Shown here: piece after piece, positions 55,469 through 64,000 of the stretch
Numbering within the stretch: position 1 is the first letter of the stretch
Layout of the letters: each line of letters begins with the position of its first letter
Origin: Pseudomonadota bacterium
Lineage (GTDB): Bacteria; Bdellovibrionota; Bdellovibrionia; Bdellovibrionales; Bdellovibrionaceae
Length of the DNA stretch: 64,000 nucleotides
Assembly (NCBI GenBank): GCA_041178425.1
Contig: JBEGVH010000031.1
Coordinates: 32,001-96,000 of the forward strand
Direction: 5' to 3'
Program-made: the position numbers and the translations under genes
The notes under the pieces: model-generated
What the model was told of the DNA's origin: nothing
The model's database searches: none
What the model saw: the letters and a program-made list of their open reading frames with translations, nothing else

Positions 55469-56026
55469 ATGGCAGGATTTTTCAGCAAACTTTTTGGTGG
55501 AAATAAAAAGAAGGATGGCCCAGCGGAAGTTGAAAACCTTATTAATGAAACAGTTGAAGGAATCATTAAGAGGGCCGATTTTAAGCTTCAATTTAGCCTA
55601 ACTCATACTGAAGAAAATGATGAAGCGGTTGTTATCATAAACTTTGATGGAGAAGATGAGGGTCTTTTAAAGGACCGCGAAGGTCAATTGATTGATGCCT
55701 TTCAATTGTTGGTAAAGAGAGTACTACAGCACCATCTCCCAGAAGATCGTACAAATATCATAGTTGATTGCAATGGGTTCAGAGAGGAGTCTAATCAGGC
55801 TCTTATTGATTTAGCTGAGAAGCTTAAAGGAATTGCTTTGGAAAAGGGGAAGTCCGTTTATTTTCGCGCACTCCCTCCAAAAGATAGAAAGGTTATCCAC
55901 CAATATTTAGCCAATGATCAGCGAGTAAAAAGTCGTTCGATCGGAGACGGCTTATATAAGAAAATTAAAGTCTATCCAGTTAAAGGACAGCGTCCAGAAG
56001 TCGAAGAAGATTCTGCTGCTGATTAA
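55469..56026 (+). CDS. jag: Jag/KhpB (EloR) RNA-binding protein, KH + R3H, lacking Jag_N
   Basis: G..IDAFQ KH-like segment, DRKVIH R3H motif, SRSIGDG; downstream of yidC. Confidence 0.85.
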   Translation: MAGFFSKLFGGNKKKDGPAEVENLINETVEGIIKRADFKLQFSLTHTEENDEAVVIINFDGEDEGLLKDREGQLIDAFQLLVKRVLQHHLPEDRTNIIVDCNGFREESNQALIDLAEKLKGIALEKGKSVYFRALPPKDRKVIHQYLANDQRVKSRSIGDGLYKKIKVYPVKGQRPEVEEDSAAD

Positions 56027-56028
56027 CT

Positions 56029-57465
56029 ATGTTTGGTGGAGATAGAGATTTTGATACAATTTGTGCTCTCTCCACCCCTCCGGGCACCGGGGGCATTCAT
56101 GTGGTTCGTGTTAGTGGTGTAAATGCACTTAAAATTGTTCGATGGTCGGCGCCTTTTTTACCCCTGACGATTGAGTCGCACAGGTGCTATTTCGGCACTC
56201 TGGTTTGGGACTCCTCAGGTCAAGAGGCAATTGACGAAGTTCTAGTTACGTATTTTAAACACGGACACTCTTTTACTGGTGAAGAAACAGTAGAGATTTC
56301 CTGTCATGGAAGCCCCTTTATAGCTAATCGCATTCTCAAGGTACTCCTGGTAAATGGAGCTCGGATGGCTGACCGGGGTGAATTCACTTATCGAGCATTT
56401 GTGAATGGAAAACTTGATTTGGTTCAAGCTGAGAGTGTTCTTTCGTTGATAGAGTCTGAATCCCAGAAAGCTTCTCAAATCGCTTTGAAGCAATTAAAAG
56501 GCGGTCTTTCCAGTGATCTTAGATCTATTGAGTCTCACATCTTGGGGCTTTTGGCTCGCTTGGAAATTTCTATCGATTTTACCACTGAGGATGTGGAAAT
56601 TATTAGTAAAGATGACATTCGGTTCCGGGTTGGGCAAATTAACGCTCCGATTTTAAAACTTCTCGAGACCTTCAGAATCGGAAGTAGAATTCAAAGTGGC
56701 TTCGAAGTGGTTCTCGTGGGCGAACCAAATGTTGGCAAGTCTAGCTTGCTCAATCGTGTTCTCTCTGAAAATCGAGCTATTGTTACTGAAGTTCCAGGAA
56801 CCACTCGTGATTTGATACAGGAAGAGATTGTTATTAAAGGGGTGAAGGTCTCCTTGATTGATAGCGCAGGAATTAGAGAAACATCTGATATCGTTGAGAA
56901 AATTGGTGTTAGTAGAACGCGAGAGGCCATAGATAGAGCAGATTTGGTTCTAGCAATTTTTGATTCAAAATCTCCTAATTTAGAAGAGCTCATCAAAGAA
57001 TTACCGGTAAACCTAGCTAAAGTCGTTTTTGTTGGAAATAAGGCTGATTTGGTCTCGATGGATTCAGAGGCTGCCATTCGTGGCGCCTTACAAAGCTTGT
57101 TGAAGTCATTGAACAAATTTCAAAGCCAATCAGAGGTTGAGCTATTTATCCGAGAAAGATGTATTTTCCTATCGTCATTGGCTCCGGAATCAAGGGGGCA
57201 AATGGTAGACATTATCGAAAGACATCTTGATACCGGAAGTTTTGGAGACGATGCGGTTCTTTCACAGGCACGGCATTTTGAAAATCTCCAGAGGGCTTCT
57301 GAGTGTTTTGCGCGGGCGGCTGAATTGGCCGATGAGGGTGCGAGTCCCGAATTCCTGGCTCTTGAAGTAAAAGAGGGTTTGGTACGGGTTCAGGAAACGC
57401 TTGGCGAACGCTTTGACGATCAAGTTCTTGATCGTGTCTTTCGTGAATTTTGTATCGGTAAATAG
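56029..57465 (+). CDS. mnmE: tRNA modification GTPase
   Basis: DTICALSTP, GEPNVGKSS, GTTRD, DSAG, NKAD, C-terminal FCIGK. Confidence 0.97.
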   Translation: MFGGDRDFDTICALSTPPGTGGIHVVRVSGVNALKIVRWSAPFLPLTIESHRCYFGTLVWDSSGQEAIDEVLVTYFKHGHSFTGEETVEISCHGSPFIANRILKVLLVNGARMADRGEFTYRAFVNGKLDLVQAESVLSLIESESQKASQIALKQLKGGLSSDLRSIESHILGLLARLEISIDFTTEDVEIISKDDIRFRVGQINAPILKLLETFRIGSRIQSGFEVVLVGEPNVGKSSLLNRVLSENRAIVTEVPGTTRDLIQEEIVIKGVKVSLIDSAGIRETSDIVEKIGVSRTREAIDRADLVLAIFDSKSPNLEELIKELPVNLAKVVFVGNKADLVSMDSEAAIRGALQSLLKSLNKFQSQSEVELFIRERCIFLSSLAPESRGQMVDIIERHLDTGSFGDDAVLSQARHFENLQRASECFARAAELADEGASPEFLALEVKEGLVRVQETLGERFDDQVLDRVFREFCIGK

Positions 57466-57474
57466 GTGTAGTTT

Positions 57475-59367
57475 ATGACCCAGTTTCAAGTGATCGTAGT
57501 TGGTGCCGGCCATGCCGGAATCGAGGCTTGTTTAGCGGCTGCCCGCTTGGGCTTAAATACTCTAATGGTTACAACAAATACCAAGAGAATCGGATACATG
57601 AGTTGTAATCCATCAATTGGTGGTTTAGCCAAGGGCCATATGGTTAGAGAAATTGATGCTCTCGGTGGGCAAATGGGTTTGGCCGCTGATGGTTCATGTA
57701 TCCAGTTCAAAAGATTAAATGGTCGTAAGGGACCGGCCGTTCGTGGATCTCGAACCCAGAATGATAAGTACCTTTATTCCCATTTAGTAACGCAGGCACT
57801 TTTTAACCAAGAAAACCTATCAGTGATCGAGGGTGAGGTTAAAAGTCTTATCTTAAAAGACGGCCAGTGTTTTGGTGTCGTTCTACAAGATGGATCCAAA
57901 ATTTCTGCCAATGCGGTTGTTTTGACAACGGGCACTTTTATGAATGGGGTTATGCATTTTGGTTTGAAGCAAGTGAAGGGTGGTAGGGTTGGCGACTCTT
58001 CCTCAGTTGGTCTTTCCGACCAACTTCTTGAATACGGTTTTGATGTGAAACGCCTTAAGACTGGAACTCCTGCTCGCCTAATTAAAGAGAGTATTGATTG
58101 GTCAAAGACCGTACCTCAATGGGGAGATGAGAAACATTATCCATTTAGCTTTCGTTCTCCAAAGAAAAGGCAGCTTCCTCAAGTTGCTTGTTATTTAAGT
58201 CGTACGACTCGTGAGACCCACGACATCATCCAGAAGAATCTACATCTTTCCCCGATGTTTTGTGGTGTGATTGAGGGAACTGGACCAAGGTATTGCCCCA
58301 GTATCGAAGATAAAATAACTCGCTTTGCGGATCGTGATAGTCATCAAACTTTTCTTGAACCTGAAGGGTTGTCTACAAATCTTATTTATCTTCAGGGTAT
58401 TTCCACCAGTCTTCCCGAGATGGTGCAGGACCAATTTTTACGAACCATCCCCGGGTTAGAAAATGTGAAAGTGGCTAGATACGGTTACGCTGTCGAGTAT
58501 GACTACATAGAACCAAGTCAAATTCACCATCGACTTGAGACCCGCACTGTTAAAAGCCTATTTTTTGCCGGCCAGATTAACGGAACCAGTGGCTACGAAG
58601 AAGCTGCTGCACAGGGTTTGATTGCGGGAATTAATGCCGCCCACTCTGTTCTTGGCAGGGAAGAGCTCGTTTTAGGTCGGGAAGAAGCCTATATTGGTGT
58701 GCTCATTGATGACTTAGTGACCAAGGGTACCAAAGAGCCCTATCGAATGTTTACCTCCCGAGCAGAGCACCGCTTAGTTTTGCGAGAAGACAATACTTTA
58801 GACCGGTTAAGTAGCGTTTCAAGGCGAGTCGGTTTAATGACTGAAACTCAGCTTGAATTGCTCGAGCAATTGACTCAAAGGCGAAACGATTTAATGGAAC
58901 GCCTTAAAGGAAGTCGCGTTTACCCGAACGCAGCGACTCAAGATAAATTGGAGAAAATGGGTACCCCTGTTTTGACAAAGTCTCTTACTTTCGAGGAGTT
59001 ATTGCGTAGAAGCGAGATTACTTGTTCAGACTTATCTCTGTTAGATTTTCATATGGATGACGATCCAGAGGTAAACGAGAGTGTAGAGATCGCTGTTAAA
59101 TATTCTGGTTACGTTAAGCGTCAGTTGGAAGTTATTGAACAAGCACAGCGACTAGAGTCTCTTAAAATGCCGGAATCATTAGACTATTCTTTAATTAAGG
59201 GGCTCTCAAGAGAGGAAGTAGAGAAGTTAACCAAGATTAGTCCTCGCACACTGGGTCAAGCCCAGAGAATTAGTGGCGTAAATCCCTCAGCAATCCAGGC
59301 GATCATGATATACTTAAAAGGTCGACAGCGAAAACTGAAGGAGATTGATCTTGGATACCAACAGTAA
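57475..59367 (+). CDS. mnmG: tRNA uridine 5-carboxymethylaminomethyl modification enzyme
   Basis: VVGAGHAG, MSCNPSIGG, GPRYCPSIEDK, GQINGTSGYEEAAAQG. Confidence 0.98.
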   Translation: MTQFQVIVVGAGHAGIEACLAAARLGLNTLMVTTNTKRIGYMSCNPSIGGLAKGHMVREIDALGGQMGLAADGSCIQFKRLNGRKGPAVRGSRTQNDKYLYSHLVTQALFNQENLSVIEGEVKSLILKDGQCFGVVLQDGSKISANAVVLTTGTFMNGVMHFGLKQVKGGRVGDSSSVGLSDQLLEYGFDVKRLKTGTPARLIKESIDWSKTVPQWGDEKHYPFSFRSPKKRQLPQVACYLSRTTRETHDIIQKNLHLSPMFCGVIEGTGPRYCPSIEDKITRFADRDSHQTFLEPEGLSTNLIYLQGISTSLPEMVQDQFLRTIPGLENVKVARYGYAVEYDYIEPSQIHHRLETRTVKSLFFAGQINGTSGYEEAAAQGLIAGINAAHSVLGREELVLGREEAYIGVLIDDLVTKGTKEPYRMFTSRAEHRLVLREDNTLDRLSSVSRRVGLMTETQLELLEQLTQRRNDLMERLKGSRVYPNAATQDKLEKMGTPVLTKSLTFEELLRRSEITCSDLSLLDFHMDDDPEVNESVEIAVKYSGYVKRQLEVIEQAQRLESLKMPESLDYSLIKGLSREEVEKLTKISPRTLGQAQRISGVNPSAIQAIMIYLKGRQRKLKEIDLGYQQ

Positions 59368-60037
59368 GAATAGTCAGGCTTCCGCAGCAGCACCGAAGGT
59401 AAATGATTCTTGGAAAATTAGAGAGTGGTTTCCAGATATTTCTGAAGCCACGGATAATAAGCTTAAGTTATTCTGTTCCGAGGTAAAACGTGTCAATTCA
59501 GAAGTGAACTTAGTGTCTGAAAAGACGGTACGCTTTATAGATATTATTCATTTCGCAGATAGTATTCTTTGTTGCCGCTCTATAATGAAAGATCAAAAGA
59601 TTTCTTCGATTTACGATGTAGGCAGTGGAAATGGTTTTCCGGGTCTTGTAATGGCCATTCTATACCCAGAAGTTAAAGTTACCCTAGTGGATGCTGAGAA
59701 TCGCAGGGTTTCCTTTATGAAGACTGTTATTTCTCAGCTTGATCTTAAGAATATAGAAGTGATCGGTAAGCCGATAGAAAGTTTCCCTCCTGGGAGCTTT
59801 GATGTTGCCATTTTGCGTGGATTTGGAACCATCCCAAAAGCAATGTTAAGTTTTCGAAAGCAAGTCCGTAAAAATGGATGCATCTATATGATCAAGGGAG
59901 AAGAATGGCCAAAAGAGGTTACAGATATTCCCATTCAACTCTGTAGTTTTTGGTTACCAAGTCTTGTGGCCGACTATAATTTGCCAATGGGAGAATATAA
60001 GTTCTCTGTTGTTAAGCTCAAGAAGATTTCAGACTAG
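59345..60037 (+). CDS. rsmG: 16S rRNA m7G527 methyltransferase
   Basis: HFADS, DVGSGNGFPGL; follows mnmG; start may be TTG 59351. Confidence 0.92.
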   Translation: MILDTNSKNSQASAAAPKVNDSWKIREWFPDISEATDNKLKLFCSEVKRVNSEVNLVSEKTVRFIDIIHFADSILCCRSIMKDQKISSIYDVGSGNGFPGLVMAILYPEVKVTLVDAENRRVSFMKTVISQLDLKNIEVIGKPIESFPPGSFDVAILRGFGTIPKAMLSFRKQVRKNGCIYMIKGEEWPKEVTDIPIQLCSFWLPSLVADYNLPMGEYKFSVVKLKKISD

Positions 60038-60053
60038 TGTTCCACGTGGAACA
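60038..60053. promoter_or_regulatory. parS: parS centromere site 1
   Basis: Perfect 16-bp palindrome TGTTCCACGTGGAACA immediately after the rsmG stop. Confidence 0.95.
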
Positions 60054-60102
60054 CCCGCTGGGACTCTCATTTTACTAGATGTTTGATTTGCCACGAAGAT
60101 AA

Positions 60103-60606
60103 TTAGTGGCCTCCTCCGGCTTCTTCAGCCCCGCCTTCGCCATGCTCTCCTCCTCCAGACTTTTTCTTTTCTGGAGGTCCCTTTCCTGCAGGCGCTCTAA
60201 CGACAAGCCTACTTATAGCCTTTTTATATCTCTCTACCTCTTCTGAATTGTTCCAGTCATTGCCTTTGTTAAATTCTCGTAGGTATTCGTTACGAACGTA
60301 TTCCTCTCGGCTCAAGATTTTCAACTTCCAGTATTTTACCTTCTCTTCTAGTTTTCTAATGTCTTGAACCGCAATATCTGCCTTAAATCTTAGTCTCTTT
60401 TTTTCCGATTCACCCTCAACAGTTTTCATATTTGCCATATGTTCATCAAGCTGAGTTTTTCTTTCTGCGAGCTTAGTTTCAGAAACTCCCAACTGTGTTT
60501 TTAGATCTTGATAGATGTAATCGGATGATTGCGGGTCAGGAATAGGTTGACGACAACCAAAACTAAGAGATATCAGAATAAATAGAATAAATTTAGTGCT
60601 ATTCAT
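60103..60606 (-). CDS. Hypothetical coiled-coil lipoprotein with Gly/Glu/His-rich tail
   Basis: MNSTKFILFILISLSFGC lipobox; long helical segment; tail KKKSGGGEHGEGGAEEAGGGH; start at ATG 60606. Confidence 0.72.
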   Translation of the reverse strand: MNSTKFILFILISLSFGCRQPIPDPQSSDYIYQDLKTQLGVSETKLAERKTQLDEHMANMKTVEGESEKKRLRFKADIAVQDIRKLEEKVKYWKLKILSREEYVRNEYLREFNKGNDWNNSEEVERYKKAISRLVVRAPAGKGPPEKKKSGGGEHGEGGAEEAGGGH

Positions 60607-60610
60607 GTAG

Positions 60611-60626
60611 TGTTCCACGTGGAACA
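60611..60626. promoter_or_regulatory. parS: parS centromere site 2
   Basis: Second perfect TGTTCCACGTGGAACA, about 90 nt upstream of parA. Confidence 0.95.
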
Positions 60627-60650
60627 TCGGCACATCAGGACAAAACCTAG
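60624..60650 (-). promoter_or_regulatory. Putative sigma28 promoter of the lipoprotein gene, overlapping parS2
   Basis: Minus strand CTAGGTTT-N11-GCCGATGT versus consensus TAAAGTTT-N11-GCCGATAA. Confidence 0.5.
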
Positions 60651-60717
60651 AGTCCAGAGAATATTCCTTGCCATCAACTTAAAAATTTCGGATTTTTAAT
60701 TAAACGATGGAGAACCT

Positions 60718-61578
60718 ATGGCACGCACAATATGTATAGCAAATCAAAAGGGGGGAGTGGGAAAAACGACGACATCCGTCAATCTCTCAGCTGCTCTTGC
60801 ACACCTCGGCAATAAAGTTTTGTTAATCGATCTTGATCCTCAAGGAAATGCTTCTAGTGGATTGGGCCTGAAGCGTTCTGATTTTCAAGATTTGAATGCC
60901 TATCATATGCTTATAGGGGAAAAAACAATAACTGAAGCGACTTATACTACAAGAGTTAAGAATTTGAGTGTAGTTCCCGCAACCCCTGATCTCGTGGGTG
61001 CGGAAATTGAGCTTGTAGACACTCAACACCGCGAATTTAAGCTCAAACAAGAGATTCAGAGTGTCGCCTCCGAATATAACTACGTTATTTTGGACTGCCC
61101 ACCGTCACTTGGACTACTCACAGTGAATGCCCTCACGGCAGCAGACAGTTTTTTAGTACCCCTTCAGTGTGAGTACTACGCTTTGGAAGGTTTGAGTCAG
61201 TTACTTAATACGGCTGGAATTATTAAAAAGAACCTAAACCCCAACCTACACATTGAGGGAATAGTTCTAACTATGTTCGACACCAGAAATAATTTGAGCC
61301 ATCAGGTTGTTGCAGAAATTAAAAATCATTTCGGCGAAAAAGTTTTTGGGGCCATCATTCCCAGAAATGTAAGACTTAGCGAGGCGCCATCACATGGCCT
61401 TAACATCCTTGAATACGATATCAAATCTATTGGGGCAGTTAAGTACTTGCAGTTGGCAAAAGAGCTAGATGAGCGAGTAAATCCCAAAACAAAAAATAAA
61501 CAAAAAGAGTCAAGCAAGAAAGATAACGACACGATTTTACAAGATAAAATAGAAACTGAGAGCGAAGCAAATGGCTGA
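60718..61578 (+). CDS. parA: Chromosome partitioning ATPase ParA/Soj
   Basis: NQKGGVGKTT, DLDPQGNA, DCPPSLG, QCEYYALEG, IPRNVRLSEAPSHG. Confidence 0.97.
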   Translation: MARTICIANQKGGVGKTTTSVNLSAALAHLGNKVLLIDLDPQGNASSGLGLKRSDFQDLNAYHMLIGEKTITEATYTTRVKNLSVVPATPDLVGAEIELVDTQHREFKLKQEIQSVASEYNYVILDCPPSLGLLTVNALTAADSFLVPLQCEYYALEGLSQLLNTAGIIKKNLNPNLHIEGIVLTMFDTRNNLSHQVVAEIKNHFGEKVFGAIIPRNVRLSEAPSHGLNILEYDIKSIGAVKYLQLAKELDERVNPKTKNKQKESSKKDNDTILQDKIETESEANG

Positions 61579-62629
61579 AAAAGTAATTGAACAGAAGAAG
61601 GGTCGACTAGGACGCGGACTCGGAAGCCTTTTAGGTGGAGCGCCCCCAGCAGCAGCACAGCAGGAATCAGCTGCGCCAATTGTGGTAGAAAAACAACAGT
61701 TAAAAGAAGCGTCACCTAAGGTTGAACCTGTAGCCGCAAAGGTGACCGACAAGGTCGAAGGTAGGGCGATTGAGTCAGCCGCAGTCGCGCCGGCCCCAAC
61801 TCCGGCGCCAGTTGCTCCGGAATCAAGAATCTGGAAAATTGCTGTTGAAAAGCTGCATCCAAATGAGTTTCAGCCTCGACAAAAATTCAACAAGGACACG
61901 CTGAAGGAGCTTGCAAACTCCATAAAAGACAAGGGAATTTTACAACCAATAGTGGCAAGAAAACATGCTAGCGGTGCTCTTGAAATTATTTCGGGTGAGC
62001 GTCGATGGAGAGCTGCGCAAATGGCCGGACTCCAAGAAGTGCCTGTCATTATTCGAACAGTCAATGACCAGGACTCCCTTGAACTAGCCATTATTGAGAA
62101 CATTCAAAGAGAGGATCTCAATCCGATAGATGAGGCCGAGGCCTACCAAAGACTAGCTCAGGAGTTTAAACTAACTCAGCAACAAATAGCTGAAAAGGTC
62201 GGTAAAGATCGCGCAACAATTGCCAATTCCCTTCGATTGTTGCTACTCGCTGACCCCGTTCGAGAAATGTTAGTTAATCATGAGCTCTCCGTTGGACATT
62301 GCAAAGTCTTGCTTTCACTAGATAATCCCAAGACACAAACAGAAGTTGCCAGAAAGGCCCTCAAAGACCAACTCAGTGTGCGTGCACTTGAGAAATTAGT
62401 GAATAAGGCCCTGAGAGGATTATCAATTGAAGATGAAGAAGACGGTGATCCAAAGGCTGAACTAAAAAAGAAGTTGATCGATAATATGTCGGAAAACCTT
62501 CAGAAACTCCTAGGAACTAAGGTTGCTATCGATTATGCCGAAGGAAAAGGAAGAATCATACTTTCCTTTTACTCTGATGACGAGTTCAACCAAATCACAG
62601 AAAAAATAAATCAAGCATGGCGGAAGTAA
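61571..62629 (+). CDS. parB: Chromosome partitioning CTPase ParB
   Basis: LGRGLGSL N-terminal peptide, QPR, GERRWRA, ENIQREDL, HTH GKDRATIANSLRLL. Confidence 0.97.
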   Translation: MAEKVIEQKKGRLGRGLGSLLGGAPPAAAQQESAAPIVVEKQQLKEASPKVEPVAAKVTDKVEGRAIESAAVAPAPTPAPVAPESRIWKIAVEKLHPNEFQPRQKFNKDTLKELANSIKDKGILQPIVARKHASGALEIISGERRWRAAQMAGLQEVPVIIRTVNDQDSLELAIIENIQREDLNPIDEAEAYQRLAQEFKLTQQQIAEKVGKDRATIANSLRLLLLADPVREMLVNHELSVGHCKVLLSLDNPKTQTEVARKALKDQLSVRALEKLVNKALRGLSIEDEEDGDPKAELKKKLIDNMSENLQKLLGTKVAIDYAEGKGRIILSFYSDDEFNQITEKINQAWRK

Positions 62630-62967
62630 TTAACCAATCAAACGAAATGAATATCACCGCGATTCTCGATCGCGGTGCTACTTTTGAGGGCAAATTAACC
62701 TTCGAAGGAACTGTGCAAATCGGAGGCACTTTTAGGGGCGAAATTTTTACGAAAGACACCCTCGTTATTAATCCAGGATCAAGGGTTATCGCAGAAATTG
62801 AGGCAGAGACAATCATTATCAGTGGGAATGTAGAGGGAAACCTTTTTGCACGAAAAAAGGTCGTCATGAATCCTCCTGCAATTTTTAAGGGCACAGTCAC
62901 AACGCCGAGCCTAACCATTGAAGAGGGAGTTGTTTTTGAAGGTGCCTCACATATGCCGAAATTTTAG
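62617..62967 (+). CDS. Bactofilin (polymer-forming cytoskeletal protein)
   Basis: Beta-helix repeats FEGKLTFEGTVQIGG.F.GEI...G.V.G...L.IEEG.VFEG. Confidence 0.9.
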   Translation: MAEVINQSNEMNITAILDRGATFEGKLTFEGTVQIGGTFRGEIFTKDTLVINPGSRVIAEIEAETIIISGNVEGNLFARKKVVMNPPAIFKGTVTTPSLTIEEGVVFEGASHMPKF

Positions 62968-63057
62968 GGCCATACGCGGACCAAATTATTGTTCTTGACC
63001 GAAAAACCTAAGGAGTGCTACTCCCAAACAGCATTAAAAAACCTTAGGAATTCGGTA

Positions 63058-63489
63058 ATGGCCATACTAAATCAGCTCGGCATCAATTATACTACGTTCT
63101 ACTGTTTCTTTATTTTTATCGTCACTTTCTTCTTTCTTAAAGAAATTCTATTTAGGCCCTACTATCTAGCCTTCGAAGAGCGCGAAAAGCGAACCAAGGG
63201 CGGAGAGACGAGCGCAAAAGATTTGCAGGCCAAAACGGCTCAACTTAAAGCAGAGTTTGAGGGTGCGGCACGCGATCTGAACTCACAGATAAAAGCTACT
63301 TTTGATCAATCAAGAACACAGGCGTCTAAAGAAACAGAGGCCATCATAACAGCAGCGAAGGCACAGGCAGAAAAAGTAATCGAAGATACGCGTTCGCACG
63401 TGGCTAAAGAACTAAAAAAAGCTCAAGATCAACTCAGCCTCGAAACGCCAGGTGTGGCGTTGGCAATTACTAAAAAAATGCTGGATTAG
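63058..63489 (+). CDS. ATP synthase F0 subunit b'
   Basis: Single TM, then L..ILFRPY....EERE and coiled coil; start at ATG 63058. Confidence 0.85.
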   Translation: MAILNQLGINYTTFYCFFIFIVTFFFLKEILFRPYYLAFEEREKRTKGGETSAKDLQAKTAQLKAEFEGAARDLNSQIKATFDQSRTQASKETEAIITAAKAQAEKVIEDTRSHVAKELKKAQDQLSLETPGVALAITKKMLD

Positions 63490-63498
63490 GATAATTCC

Positions 63499-64000
63499 AT
63501 GAAGTTTTGGGTGTCGACACTTTCCACTTTCATCATAGTTAATAGCGCGGTGGCCTCATCTGGTGGCGGTCATGACGTTCACGGAGGAGATTCCCACGGA
63601 ATCCCGACTGTTGTTTATTATCAGGCCCTCAACGTAGCTATCATTTTGATTGCTGCGGTAGTTTTTGGGAAAAAATCAATTGCTGCTTTTTTCGCAGGCA
63701 AAAAAGAAGGGTTCCTGAAGGCGCAAGAAAAAGCTCAGGGCGTACTTCGAAGTGCTGAAGAAGAATATCAGCAAATGAAAGAGCGTCACGATAAGCTCTT
63801 GATGAACAGAGATGAATCCATAGCAAAAGCAACCGCAGATGCTAATGATTTGCGCGCGCAGATTGTTCGTGATGCTGAAGCGCTGGCTCAAAAACTCAAT
63901 AACGAAGCCCACCTTTCTTCTAAGCTAGAAATTGAGAGAGCTAAGCACGAGCTTAAAGAGCAACTTATTAGAGATGCTTTTGAATTATCTAAGAGAGACC
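63499..64000 (+). CDS. atpF: ATP synthase F0 subunit b, runs off window end (absent from the ORF track)
   Basis: Hand translation MKFWVSTLSTFIIVNSAVASSGGGHDVHGGDSHG...QALNVAIILIAAVVFGKKSIAAFF, then coiled coil; follows b'. Confidence 0.85.
   Translation, partial: MKFWVSTLSTFIIVNSAVASSGGGHDVHGGDSHGIPTVVYYQALNVAIILIAAVVFGKKSIAAFFAGKKEGFLKAQEKAQGVLRSAEEEYQQMKERHDKLLMNRDESIAKATADANDLRAQIVRDAEALAQKLNNEAHLSSKLEIERAKHELKEQLIRDAFELSKRD

Noticed and set aside
60038..60626. Identical 16-bp palindromes flanking one gene, read as ends of a mobile element or cassette
   Set aside because: They match the parS consensus next to parAB; no transposase, integrase or target-site duplication is visible

Overview
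Core chromosomal origin region of a Bdellovibrionota (Bdellovibrio-like predatory) bacterium. The assignment rests on gene content and order, including a Bd0055-type bacterial histone. Left arm, mostly minus strand: prmC(partial)-prfA-rpmE-rho, a PilZ gene, a LysM/polyproline envelope protein, gatCAB-ppx, ligA, the histone, a dapF-dapA-dapB-folK-like operon, ftsK, queE-fis-dnaB, rpsF-DUF2232-rplI, a secreted subtilase, sdhCAB/etfBA, three PPIases-pdxA-pgm, atpZ-atpB-atpE and dnaA-dnaN-recF-gyrB-gyrA. oriC lies between dnaA and dnaN (DnaA boxes, DnaA-trios, AT-rich tract). Right arm, plus strand: rpmH-rnpA-yidD-yidC-jag-mnmE-mnmG-rsmG, two perfect parS sites, parA-parB-bactofilin-atpF'-atpF(partial). 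I found no rRNA, tRNA, CRISPR array or mobile element. The most interesting signals are: (1) a lipoprotein gene bracketed by both parS sites, whose putative sigma28 promoter overlaps one of them (possible centromere/attack-phase switch); (2) the histone; (3) a leader with several CsrA-type GGA sites; (4) an S6:S18 regulatory leader on an operon lacking rpsR; (5) a FolK-fold pseudoenzyme; (6) a Rho with a large low-complexity N-terminal region. All calls are by eye from sequence and recalled family motifs; no searches were run.
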